From NCBI GenBank assembly GCA_964016885.1, contig OZ024742.1, positions 89,962,001-90,026,000 of the forward strand: 64,000 bases of DNA, read 5' to 3'. Shown here one piece after another: positions 1 to 16,889 of the stretch. How positions within the stretch are numbered: position 1 is the stretch's first letter; each line of letters opens with the position of its first letter. Source of the stretch: Eledone cirrhosa (taxonomy: Eukaryota). The position numbers were made by a program, and so were the translations under genes. Under the pieces are notes generated by a model, which searched no databases, was not told the origin of the DNA, and saw nothing but the letters and a program-made list of their open reading frames with translations.

Positions 1-1960
1 TAAAAATAAAACTACCTTATAATTTATTTAAATTAGTTGACAAACACTTCCCTAAACTTCATAAATATCATAAAATCTTTAATAGAAAAACTATCAAACT
101 ATCTTACTCCACTGCCAACAGCATAGAATCGCACATACATGAAATTAACTATAAGAGAAATCTCTAATACAATTAGCCCGCAAACAAGTACCAGAACACC
201 AAATATAAAATACAAACACATTACATCATGAAAACAACATACCCGTCAGAACACATCACCACAATACATCAACAAACCCAATTCTCAGCCCATATATAAC
301 AACATACTAAACCATATCGAGGAACCGGCACATAGGATGGCATCAAAATGTAACTGTCATCTACCTGATAAATGCCCATTACAAAATAGATGCCTGGAAT
401 CAAATATAATGTACCTATGTACTATAAATTCAGGCAACTTAGCATGGCACTACATAGGGCCCACAGCGGGGGGGGGGGCGGGGCGGGGTTCAAGAAAAGG
501 TGGTTGTCCACAGACACTCTATAAATAACAGGAAGCTTATGAATACAACAACGCTCGCCAATAAAATCTGGCAGATCAAAGATGCACACCAGGAATACAG
601 AATCAGCTGGATGCAGTTATCAACTACAATAGCCTATAGAATTGGCATGTCCCACTGTGGTCTTTGTAATATGGAGCTATTCCAAATTTTAAAATACAAC
701 AAAATGCTTCTTAGCAGTAAAATTGAAAAACTATTTTCTGTAGGTATAAAACGGCGACCAAATTTGATAACTTTAGACGAAGTTAATTCATCCCATCTAT
801 TCCATAACTCTAATTGTACCACTTAGATCTATTATAATATCCAATTATCATCATTATTATTATAATTATTATGAGGTTAACTTTGCCTTTCATCATTACG
901 GGGTCGATAAAATAAAGTACCAGTAATGCACTGGGTATTAGCTGGCCTTGTGCCAAAAGTAGAAAGAATTATTATTATAATTGTCATCATCTGTCAATGA
1001 ACCAACATCATAACCTATTATATTTTATATTTTATTTTATATATATCTCTCTTTACTTTTCACTTTCTATCTTTCTATTTCTCTCCCTAAATTTATTTCA
1101 TCTCTTGCATTTTATCTTATCATATTATTTTCACTTCTAATATAACTTGCAATTCATTAATAAAATAATTAATTATATAATTAATTTATTAAAATAACCA
1201 ATACACGCATAAATATATTTAACATTTTCATGTTTATACCTTCGTATCTCTATATTTTAACCAACAACACCACAACTACTCTCAATAATCTTACTGTGTT
1301 TACTTTTCTTCGCACATATAAACATTTTTTATTTATTTATTTTCATATTTTGTATTATTTTGTATCATCCTAGATGTAACTTGTTTATTAGCATTTATTT
1401 ATTAGCATTTATTCATTTATTGTTGATATCATTATTTTTCCCTTTATTTTTATTTTTATTTCCCTTTATTTCTTATTTATCCTTTTCTGTTCTCTTTCTA
1501 ACATCTATTCTCTCTGTCTTTTTCTTTTTTCCGTTCTCCTTTGTCTTTCTTTCGTCTCTCTATCTCTCTTTCGTTTTTCTCTCTATATCTTTATTATTAA
1601 TATTATTAATGATGCTGTAATTTGAATTCGTAAAGATACTGGAAATATAACAGTTATCTCCGATGATCTGGTTAAGCTAACAACGTATTGAAAATTGAGT
1701 AGCACTGCTTCAAGTGTTCAGCAATATTTAGACAACTTAATCAGTGAAACAATTGTGAGGCTGTAAATAAAAACCCTTTTTTGTAATTGACCATGTTGTT
1801 CTTCACTCTTTCAATATTATTACTCCAGGATAAAATAACATAGGGTTACAAGAGAACTCATAAACTCGCCACCTACGTAAACCTCTTGTTGAGTCAAATA
1901 ACGCCGTGCGCCAAACTATCCATAATACGAAGTATTCACAGCCTCTACCTGGATTACCTA
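1..1960 (+). mobile_element. Penelope-like element 3' fragment (RT C-terminus, Cys linker, GIY-YIG endonuclease, 3' UTR/pseudo-LTR), decayed
   Basis: Reads FKLVDKHFP..HKIFNRKTIKLSYS, CNCHLPDKCPLQNRC..IMY..YIG, and TTLANKIW..CGLCNME across frameshifts. Degenerate long-stem-II hammerhead (ccgatga..gaaacaattgt) at ~1665-1760. Confidence 0.85.
872..980 (+). mobile_element. SINE 3' fragment (same family as 8527-8704)
   Basis: ctttgcctttcatc..ggggtcgataaaataaagtaccagtaatgcactgg..ccttgtgccaaaagtagaaa followed by an (att)n tail. Confidence 0.75.
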
Positions 1961-1992
1961 TAACGATATTTTGTTATCTGTCATATATATAT

Positions 1993-2503
1993 ACCCCCTC
2001 CCCCATCCCTCTGACCCCTCCTCATCCACATACGCACACACAACGACCTACACCCACCCCACACAGACCTTTTCCTGAACATGGAACCTCGTTCTTCCCC
2101 CAACTCTCACGTTCAAATACACACACACGTACACCTACACACAACATTCAGCCTTCCCCGTTCGGACACCCCGCCTCCCTCTCCCCACTCCACCCGCCAC
2201 CACCCCTACACGCCCCACACCATTCCACCACTTGTTTATCTTCATGTTTATTTTTATTTTTATTATTTTTTATATTTATTTTCATTTGTACCCCTTCCAC
2301 CGTTTCCTCTCACCCCCTTTTTTCTAAATGTCTCTCACCCACTCCCTTACACAACCTTGGAACTCTCTTCCCACACACTTTACGCCTGAAGACTTATGCC
2401 CGAAACGTCGCCCCCCCCCCCCCCCCCCCTCCACAGTCTCAAGACCGTGAAAATAATAAACCTTTGTTCGTACTGCCTCTTTGTTTTGTTCCCGTTCCAT
2501 TTT

Positions 2504-2507
<4 letters not shown>
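1993..2507 (+). mobile_element. Solo pseudo-LTR of the GC-rich PLE family at 30255-34100
   Basis: Matches the reverse complement of ~30265-30790. Decayed HHR cctgaagac..gcccgaaacgtc at ~2386-2410. Flanked by (TA)n. Confidence 0.75.
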
Positions 2508-2570
<63 letters not shown>

Positions 2571-2575
<5 letters not shown>

Positions 2576-2952
2576 TAAAAGGAATTCCAACTTTGCCTGA
2601 TTTACTCGTTTTATTTACAATCCTTTAAAATTATAATGATATTAGAATGAAATAGTATGGCAGAATATTAAATGTTAAATGTTAATTGAACAAGTACTTT
2701 CATGCTTTCACAATCTTCAGGTTAATATTCTGTGGTGACAGTCAAGTTTGCAATATTCGACAGTGAAAAATGCAAACTTGACTGTCACTCCAGAATATGA
2801 ACTTGAAGATTGCGAAAGCATGAAAGTACTTGTTCAGTTAACACTTAACATTTAATATTCTGCCATACTATTTCATTCTAATACCATTATAATTTTAAAG
2901 GATTGTAAATAAAACGAGTAAATCAGACAAAGTTGGAATTCCTTTTAATAAT
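2571..2952. repeat. ~380-bp fold-back palindrome of an HHR-bearing pLTR-like unit in (TA)n
   Basis: Arms ~2571-2757 and ~2765-2952 are near-perfect reverse complements, and each carries a hammerhead core. Confidence 0.85.
2689..2723 (-). ncRNA. Minimal type I hammerhead ribozyme
   Basis: aac-CTGAAGA-ttgtgaaagcat-GAAA-gtactt^gtt with palindromic stem III AGTACT. Mirror copy at 2799-2835 (+) has the core TTGAAGA. Confidence 0.75.
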
Positions 2953-2992
2953 ATAATCTTCTATACACAATCATGCACGCCCGTGTATATTA

Positions 2993-3082
<90 letters not shown>

Positions 3083-3086
<4 letters not shown>

Positions 3087-3777
3087 ATTTAAATGGATAC
3101 AGTTCAGTTAAAAGGAATTTATTGACACGTGTTTCAATAACAGTTACATAACCTGAAAACAGCTGCTATCTACAAAGTATTAATTATACAGACACTCAAT
3201 ATTTCAATGTTATTATCAACTATCATTTCATCAGAATAATTTTATTGAGAACCTGTTTGGTTTTTATAGAGAATATTAAGAGGGAGGGGTGAAGTTGTTA
3301 GAAGAATAGTTAAGGGAGTGGATAGAGAATTTTTTGATATCAGTGAGAATTTTTGGTAGCAGTGAGTAATTAGATTCCAATCTGTTGTTTTGACATTTTT
3401 ATACAATACATTATTTGGCGTTGGTTATTTTTCTAAATCTATAAAAGGATTAGAGATAGTAAAGATATGCATGGTTGGTTTTGTGGTTGCACTTAATTAA
3501 CATACAGGCTTAAATTTTTCTTTCAAGTGTACGTATCCTTTCGCCCACGCATTCACACACAAACATATATGCACACCTCTACAAAATACATACACTCACA
3601 TACACATACATACATGCTCATACATACATACATATATATATGCACATATATATATATACATATATATACATATATATATGTACATTCATACGCATTCATG
3701 TGTATACATTTTCATACTAAACTTATCTTCATATACACACGTATTAACACACACATATATACATACATACTCCTGTC

Positions 3778-3834
<57 letters not shown>

Positions 3835-5137
3835 ATATAAACACTTTAATACATGAATACACATACATTAACTATACACATCAAACATATATATATATTT
3901 ACTTATTTATATACATTTTCACATATATATACATATATATGGTCGCTTTTAGACACATTCATTATAGCATATTCGCACCTATTCTCATCAGCATATCTAT
4001 CCATTATTAGTGTGGTAATTTAAGGTTATTAATATACATATATATGTTGAGAAGAGATTGTTTTTATATTTTTCTAACTAGATTGAGGTTTATATAGTTG
4101 GGAGGATGTCCCTCTTTTATATAATATTCAGCTTGTAGTGGGAAAAAAAGGGTTTTAGTTCGGTGACGGCAGAATAATGTTCGTTCAATTCTGTTATTAA
4201 GCAATTTCTTCTTGTGTGTGTGATTATGTAATAAATCTCAAGATTACACAATTTGCAGAAATTTTGGCTCCTGGAAAAGCTTTGGGTTTTAGCTAATTTC
4301 TCCCATTTTAGGGTAAACTTTTGATCGCTATCCCTGAGCGTCCAAGCTTTTTCTGCTAAAGTTGTTACATTTCTTTGGCTCTGGTGTTTTATTGAGTAAG
4401 AATGCCTATATAATCTAGATTTAAACGATGTTGCCGTTGATCCCACGTAATACCACTCGTTGCCTCCGGATTTAATGGTACATTTATAGATGATATTTTT
4501 TTCCAGGCAGTTATTGCCGAGGGGGCAATTGTCAGGATAGGTGCAGTTACAGTTGTGTACGTTGGTTTTGTAGTTAGGTTTAGTCTGGAGTAGTATTACG
4601 GACGAACTTGGGTGTGGTTTATTTATGTTCTGTAGTGTATTGTCTATTGTTTTTTTGTGTTCATTGTACTTAAGTTTTTAGTGTTTTCGTTTAACCTTCT
4701 AGTATTGATCTTTTTTATGTGTTGTTCAAGGTTTAACGCTGTAGAGTATGACAGTCTTATAGTGGTAGGGTTTAGGATTTTGTGGTATTTGTGTGATGTA
4801 AGAAAATGTCTCTTAACTATTTTAAAGAAGAGTACTGGTAAATTTGTACTAATGGAACTATTGTATTCAGGGTTATACCATAAGTACTCCTTGCATCGCT
4901 TTCTATTAGTTTTGTTTGTTGGTTTTCTGGTGTGTATACTATGGTAGTAAGTGTGGTTTGGTGTTGTGTTATTATATCTACCTAAGTGGGATTTATTTTG
5001 GGTGTTTTGATTGTTTTCATCTATATATTCTATTTTCTCCGGATTACTTTAGAAACTACAACTGGAACCGTCGAGCACACTCTACGTGAGCTTTCCATCT
5101 ACTGTGTGTAATATTCATATTACAACACTACGGAAAA

Positions 5138-5140
<3 letters not shown>
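3083..5140 (-). mobile_element. Penelope-like element 3' part (GIY-YIG domain, 3' UTR with microsatellite, pLTR)
   Basis: ORF 4117-4446 (YVGSTATSFKSRLYRH..CKLCNLE) is preceded by CNCTYPDNCPLGNNC. pLTR tail is inverted at ~5030-5140. Confidence 0.85.
3119..3239 (-). ncRNA. Hammerhead ribozyme with ~95-nt extended stem II
   Basis: ttatt-CTGATGA-aatgatagtt..aactgttatt-GAAA-cacgtgtc^aataa. Palindromic stem III ACACGTGT, GUC triplet. Confidence 0.75.
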
Positions 5141-5210
<70 letters not shown>

Positions 5211-5223
5211 TATATATATATAT

Positions 5224-7325
5224 ATTGTTATACTTGGAGAGGGTCATATTGTTGTAATAATGTTGCCAAAATTAATAACAGAACACACTCACTGTTTGGG
5301 TGGTTTCCGCTTCTGTATCTTTTATATCAGTTAATTTATTCGGTCCTCAATGTTTACCATTGACTGACCAACGGTAAAAGAGTACATATATAATATAGAC
5401 ACAAACACATATATATAGTCTAACAAAGTTCTTTCGTTGCACATCTGCAACATCGTCAGTGGTGCTATTATTACGTTCCTCCTGTTTTATTGTATATCTA
5501 CGCCATCTTTATTTAATCTCTTTATTTATTTATTTATTTTTGTCTTCTCTGCGCTTGCGTTTGCGTGTATGTATAGTGTTTCGTGTGTGTTCGCGTTTAG
5601 GTAACTGTGTTTTGGTTATTGCATTCTATCTTAGTTTACTAGTGTGTGTTTATATGTGTTTGTTGTTATTGTGCTTGTGTATATATTTATTTATTTATTT
5701 ATATTTCTCTTAGGTCAGTATTGTTTGTTTGAGTGTTGTTATTCCATACATTTTTTCTGTTTAGCTTTGGCCTTCTAAGTTCTATTCCACTTGCCTCTCC
5801 GATTTGCATATCTGCTGGGTGATTTCTATGTTTAGATATTATTTTAATTTCTATGTTGTCTATGTTACCCTCATGTTGTTGTCTGGCATGTTCGTATAGT
5901 ACTGAACCGTTTTTTCGTCCTTTTAGTTCCCCCAGTGTTGGTCTATCATTTCACCTATGCTACGAGCTATCTCGCCTGTGTATGTTGTTGTTATTTTTCT
6001 GCAAGTACCCTCTGTACATATTATGCTATAGACTACGTTTCTAGGTTTACAGTTTATCCGGGAGGTTACTTTACATATAATACATTTCCTATTAGTACAG
6101 TGGGTTTTCTTAAAAGGGTATATTTTGCTGATCAGGGATTTTATGGTAGTTCCTGGCTTTTCTACCACCTTAATCTTTAAGAGGGTCTTTCTCAGGGCCT
6201 TTCTACACTGGTTAGCTAATTTCCTTCCAGGGGTAGCGTCCACGAATATGACACTTTGGTATCTCTGTTTGTCGTATCATGAGGTGGCTTTCCTTATCTC
6301 ATGTATAGTCTTATCTAAGCTATTCCATGATTTGCTCTTGTATAATGGGAAAATTCCTTTCATGTCCAGTTCTATGAGGGTCATATACTTCTCCGCGGCT
6401 CCTTCGTATACTCTGATTCTGTCTCTTTGGTTGTATCCAGTGATCTGCATGCAGTTGATGATGTGTTGGATGTGTCTTTCCATTTCTGTTGGATCGCACA
6501 TGCGGGACACGTTCTTCGTCACTCGTACCAAGTCTGCGATCACAATATTAAACTTAGCACTAGTGGACATTGCTGAGTTTTTGAGTATCAGGTATTTGGG
6601 GGCCATGGGTTTAGCGTAGTGTGAGTGGAGAATTTAGGCCCTTTCGTCTATAGTGTTAATCCAGACTTCCGTGTCGAATACAGGTAGTCTACTGTTAGAG
6701 TGTTTGGAAGGGTAGTCGATAGTTACAGTTATACTCTGGTGTATGGAATTAGCTATCTGCTGGATGCATTCCATTGTGCTACATTCTAAATCATACTCGT
6801 TAGTACTCTCTTGTGGGGGTGTCCATATTACTATATTAATATCGTCTACGTAACGAGAGTACATGATGAGGTCTATGGAGCCCTCATCAAGGAGTTCCTT
6901 GACTCTCCTTTTTCACCATACCATAGAAAGGTTGGCAACATCACCAGCGATGCTGTCGCCAATGGCTGCTCCCTCATTTTGGGTGTAGATCTTCTCGTTG
7001 AATTTGAATATGTGGCCTTTTAGGGTAGTTTTAATACTAGCCTCTATTGCATGTGCGACCATTTTTCTTACCTGATCGTTGTTTTGGGTGTCCGTATGAC
7101 TTTGGTCCATCCAATCCACCTACCCATGTGAGTCCTTTTTGCCATTGAGGTTATGGAGGGTGTCTACCTCTTATGGGTCTACTGGGGCAGAAACGGCTAA
7201 TCTCATGGCTGTCTAGGTAGTCAGTGTCATAGGTAGGTCTAAGTAGGAGGCCCAGTTCGTCTGTGTAAACGTCGCAGAACTCCATCTCATTCTCACTGAT
7301 CATCTCCACACATTTTTCCACAGCA
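5224..7325 (-). mobile_element. Penelope-like element (RT + GIY-YIG + pLTR), 5'-truncated and frameshifted
   Basis: GAAIGDSIAGDVANL, YSRYVDDINI, LPVFDTEVW, NSAMS..K, then C..KCIIC..NVVYSIIC..YTGE. HHR at ~5424-5461. Confidence 0.88.
5424..5461 (-). ncRNA. Minimal hammerhead ribozyme (pLTR)
   Basis: ca-CTGACGA-tgttgcagatgtgcaac-GAAA-gaactt^tg. Stem I is very short. Second copy at ~51736-51773. Confidence 0.6.
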
Positions 7326-7328
7326 AAA

Positions 7329-7851
7329 TCTAAACTATAATAAAGGAAGGTCTGCCGGACTGCGTGCGGTTTATTTTTTGTTATCCCGTTTATAAAATAA
7401 GTTGGATTATTTTGAATAAATAATGAATGAATATTACATAATTTATCTACTAAATTTTGTAAACAAAAATAATTTCGTATATATATATAATTTAAAATTG
7501 TCTTCTTTTCAAAGTAGCACTTCCAGTATATCGTTGCCACCACCACCACCACTTCAACTACCATATATATATATACTTCCGGTGGCGATCGCTTAAATAA
7601 AGATACTATTTTTCTGTCACTAAATTTCTCCTAATGCAGTTTATATATAATATCGTCTTCTTTTAATGTATCATAGAATACGTTTCTGATTACATAAGAC
7701 AATGTAGCACAGTCTTCTTTCAATTTCTGTGTATATTGTCAATTACGATTTTATTTGATCATATCTACATGTATATATACTTGCGTATAATATCAATATA
7801 CAAACTACACATGCTAATAGAAAACCAGCCTCCGGGTGGTTTTCCTGCTAG
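7329..7851 (+). mobile_element. Non-autonomous Helitron-type element
   Basis: A|TC start (atctaaactataataaagg) and a 3' hairpin gaaaacca..tggttttc followed by CTAG|T. 5' segment recurs at ~40185-40337 (-) and ~61095-61325 (+). Confidence 0.65.
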
Positions 7852-8042
7852 TATATATAATTATTTATATATAATTCTATAAAAAAATATATATATTGTT
7901 TATTACATAACTATAAATATATATAAATATATAATTATATATGGGAACGAGTAGGACACCGACGGCTGAGCTCAAGCCGTTTCGACGGCTAATTCTGAAC
8001 TAAATATGGTCCACCTGGGTCCTTACCACATTTCCTTCGTTA

Positions 8043-8124
<82 letters not shown>

Positions 8125-8270
8125 TATATATATATATATATATAATTATATATATATATATATTTATATATATAATTATATATATATATATATAATTATA
8201 TATATATATAATTATATAAATATATATATATATAATTATATATATATATATATAATTATATATATATATA

Positions 8271-8309
<39 letters not shown>

Positions 8310-8526
8310 CGAAGGAAATGTGGTAAGGAACCAGGTGGACCATAACGCACCAAAGTAATCAATACTTAGGGTAGTAGAGTGGGTAATAGGAACCAGTAAG
8401 ACCCCGACGGCTGAACTCAAGCCGTTTCGACGGCTAATTCTGGACTATATAAATATATATATATATATATATATAGAATAAGTAAAAGCGAAGTAGTTTC
8501 AGATGTTCAAGTCCTTTAATAATAAT

Positions 8527-8704
8527 TGTTTCTACTTTAGGCACAAGGCCAGCAATTACCAGTGCATTACTGGTACTTTATTTTATCGACCCCGTAAGGA
8601 TGAAAGGCAAAGTCAACCTCGGCGGGATTTGAACTCAGATGGTAAAGGGACGTAACTACGCTGTAAAGCATGGCGTCCGACCCTCTACCGATACTGCCAA
8701 TCCA
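8527..8704 (-). mobile_element. Full-length tRNA-derived SINE with target-site duplication
   Basis: A-box-like tggcagtatcggtag and B-box gagttcaaatccc on the - strand. 19-bp direct repeat caagtcctttaataataat at 8508-8526 and 8705-8723. Confidence 0.85.
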
Positions 8705-9391
8705 CAAGTCCTTTAATAATAATGCTGTGATATATATTTCAATGACGACACTGGCCACACTGTTCTGTGTGCGAGTGTCGTGACATCATCAGACAGCCTG
8801 TTACATAATAAGGTTGTTTCCGAGGCAATCCAAATTGAATCGACATGGGAACGGATGAAGTTAGTGCCTTTGGGTTTTTCATCCGTTCCCTTGTGAGTAC
8901 CAATTCACCCCCACCGGTCTGCGCAAGCGAATGCCCGAAGGAAGTTGACCATTAGCACCGCAGATTTCAACGAAATTCGCTGTCAGTGGCCCACCTATGC
9001 CTTGCCAAAGTTTACTGCTACTCATCGCTACTGTGGTAGTCAGCCGAAAGCCAGAGGGGATGGGAGGGTGTTAGTTTTTATAGGTCATAATACTACCTTT
9101 CACTAAGCATTGACAATAAGACTCACCATCAACTCATAAGGTAAAATAAACATAATTCTAGGTACTATGGTTTTACATAGTAAGTTAAGAGTGAGAGTTG
9201 GGAATAAAAATTCAAATTAAAGGTTAAAATCCTAAATCAAATATCAGAGATTATAAATTAAACAATAAAGAATTCAAAAATTCTAAATTCAAAAAATTTG
9301 TTTCAAGTGATAATTCGGATTAAGTAAAGATATACATTGAAGTGAGTAAATAATATGGAGAGAGATGTATATATATATATATATATATATA

Positions 9392-9966
9392 ATTATAACG
9401 AAGGAAATGTGGTAAGGAACCAGGTGGACCATATTTAGTTCAAAATTAGCCGTCGAAACGGCTTGAGCTCAGCCGTCGGCGTCCTACTCGTTCCCATATA
9501 TAATTATATATATATATATTTATAGTTATGTAATAATCAATATATATATTTATTTATAGAATTATATATAAATAATTATATAAACTAGCAGAAAAACCAC
9601 CGTTCGGGTGGTTTTCTGCTAGCATTTGTGGTCTGTTTATATGACATTATACGCAGGTATATATATACATGTAGATATGAATCATCATATAAAATCGTAA
9701 TTCACAATATTCACAGAAATTGAACTAAGACAGCGTTACATTGTCTTATGTTATCAGTAACGTAATCCATGATACATTAAAAGATTATATTATATATAAA
9801 CTGCATTAGGAGAAAATTAATGACAGAAAATTAGTATGTTTATTTAAGCGATCGGCACGGGAAGTGTTGACATCACACATTCTCTCTTTCTCTATATATG
9901 GTAGTTGAAGTCGTGGTGGTGGCGACGAAATACCGGAAGTGCAACTTTGAAAAGAAGTCATTTTGT
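9392..9966 (-). repeat. Diverged inverted duplicate of ~7497-8046 (Helitron 3' part plus flanking pLTR fragment)
   Basis: Colinear reverse-complement similarity running across the Helitron CTAG end into the flank. Confidence 0.7.
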
Positions 9967-10848
9967 CCTTAATTGTAAGTTGTGATGTTGCTGTTCCACT
10001 CATATTTTCTATTTAATTTTGGTTGTAATTCTTTTATGCTTACTGCCTCTGTAATTTGCCTAAACATTACATCTTTTCTGTGTGTGGATTCTATTTTTAT
10101 TTCTATGTTCTCTAATTTACCCTTGTGTTCTATCTTAGCATGTTGGTAGAGTACAGATGATTCTTTATTATCTTGAAGGTCTCGCCAGTGTTCATTTATC
10201 CGTTCCAACCCTTTATGAACACTGGCGAGACCTTCAAGATAATAAAGAATCATCTGTACTCTACCAACATGCTAAGATAGAACACAAGGGTAAATTAGAG
10301 AACATAGAAATAAAAATAGAATCCACACACAGAAAAAATGCAATGTTTAGGCAAATTACAGAGGCAGTAAGCATAAAAGAATTACAACCAAAATTAAATA
10401 GAAAATATGAGTGGAACAGCAACATCACAACTTACAATTAAGGACAAAATGAAAACACACACACACATAGAACAAACAAACAACCAACAACATGTAAATA
10501 AATAAACAAATAGATAAATGAACACAAACACACACAGACACCTGGATGTGGCGCATGCGCAAACTGAGCACACAACACACACACAGAAACAAAATGGCGT
10601 AGGACAGAAGAAAAGAAAGGCACAGAAACAAAGAAAGGAATCCCCAGTCACTGAAGAGGTCACAGAGTGTGTGACGAAAGGACTATGACTATATATAAAC
10701 AACTATCTGGTTGTGGAACCAACCAACCAACCAGAAATTTATAAGTTTGTAGATGTGTAAATTTATAAATTTATAAATATATGATAAATTGAAGTGAAAG
10801 CAACTGGTGCGTGTGTTTCTTATTGGCAACATGACCCTCTCAAAGTAT

Positions 10849-10853
<5 letters not shown>
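9960..10853. mobile_element. PLE 3' end (GIY-YIG C-terminus + pLTR) with 5' fold-back inversion
   Basis: EHWRDLQDNKESSVLYQH..RQITEAVSI..LNRKYEW is encoded on both strands as mirror arms (~9960-10202 and ~10214-10450). Confidence 0.85.
10646..10690 (+). ncRNA. Minimal hammerhead ribozyme (pLTR)
   Basis: agtca-CTGAAGA-ggtcac..gtgac-GAAA-ggacta^tgact. Family copies at 30043-30085 (+), 53242-53284 (-) and 62356-62398 (-). Confidence 0.8.
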
Positions 10854-10930
<77 letters not shown>

Positions 10931-10993
10931 GTATATATATATATATGTATATATATGTATATATATGTATATATATATATATGTATATATATG

Positions 10994-11050
<57 letters not shown>

Positions 11051-11063
11051 GTATATGTATATA

Positions 11064-11103
<40 letters not shown>

Positions 11104-11129
11104 TATATATATTTATGTATATATATATG

Positions 11130-11211
<82 letters not shown>

Positions 11212-11755
11212 GATATATATGTATATAGATATATGTATATATATATATATATAGTAGAATAATCGAGTATCGAAAAATCGGCGCACGAGTTCACGATAAA
11301 CAAAATTCGACATGAGTGGCAGAGGGCTCAATAATTCAGATAAATCAGAGCTATAACTATCGTTAAAATACCAACACACATAGATCATGTCTAAAATCAG
11401 CCATACGAACGAAAAATTCCGATGCGGAAGATTCGGGTCACTCAGATAAAATATCAATAAATCAATAAATCATATGAATGTAAAAAGCTTACCCGGACAC
11501 ACTAGAAAGATGGTAAATCTAGCTTCTTGGGTTTCTGTAAATCCTTAAATCGCCCACTATCAGCCCACATAAAAATATATAAGATTTCTAGGGAGCGGCG
11601 GACAGGAAGTACTTTATCAACGAGCTTTGTCCAAACGAATAAAAAAGCACAACCCTATCTGAAAACGCACATGTAATTCAGCAAGGGAGATAACCTCTAT
11701 ATCCGCGAAAAATATTCGGGAATGTAGAAAATCACATATCGAATAAGAGTGCTCA

Positions 11756-14651
<2,896 letters not shown>

Positions 14652-15179
14652 TATAAGTATATATATATATATGTATATATATATGTATATATATATATAG
14701 AGAGAAAATTGAGGTTGGTAATGGCACATGGAATATATAAGAGACAGAATACTTTTTTGTGAAAAAACATAATTTTATAAGGTAAGGAAATAATAAAGGG
14801 TATAAAAAATGATGAATGACCGGTTTCGATGGGTCTGCAAAAGCCATCTTTTCAAATGTTGATTAATATTAAGAAAAATTAAGAAAAATTAATAATACGA
14901 AGAGTTAAAATTTGAGATTTGAAAATTCAAGTATAAAATTCATTGTGGGATTTCATAGCAGTTTTCATCTAGGTAGCAACAACAGGTTGACTGCTGTGTC
15001 CCTTTCTGGTAGTGAATGAGAAGTTATTTGGGGTGTGGGTTATTTTATAAAGGTCAGATTTAGCAATCACCAACTGGCCAGCTGCTGGTCAGTGAGGGGG
15101 TGGAAGCAATATACATACACATATCTTCCTGTGGTGGGTAGGAAAGTGGAGCGTGATAGAAAGGGATTTAGTGCACTTA

Positions 15180-16441
<1,262 letters not shown>

Positions 16442-16563
16442 GTTATTCCGAGTTGAATCGGAGGTAACCACAGTAAGTAAGGTACTCAATACATAGCAGA
16501 GTATTCCTGATGATTTCTAATGAATGAAACAGTTCTAGTCCTGTAGAATCTCTTCTATATTAA

Positions 16564-16608
<45 letters not shown>

Positions 16609-16849
16609 AAATTAAGATAAATCCAATGATTTTAATCTAAATCAAAATTATGGGTGTCATGTCAGAAAGACATGCGTCATATCACCCGCAAAATAAGCTC
16701 TAAGATTATAACGAGTAGGTCCGAGCATTTTATAATAACTGGAGATTGATTAACATATAAATAAACATGAATAATCACAGGAGATAATTTTACAAGTGTG
16801 TAACCACACATAGCTAGGGAGGTAACTAAATAAAGTTGACCAGAACTTC

Positions 16850-16886
<37 letters not shown>

Positions 16887-16889
16887 TAA

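Noticed and set aside
7960-9485. Half-hammerheads (GAAACGGCTTGAGCTCAGCCGTC) without CUGANGA as split or trans-acting ribozymes
   Set aside because: Each copy is cut by a (TA)n junction or inversion just upstream, so simple 5' truncation of a pLTR explains them.
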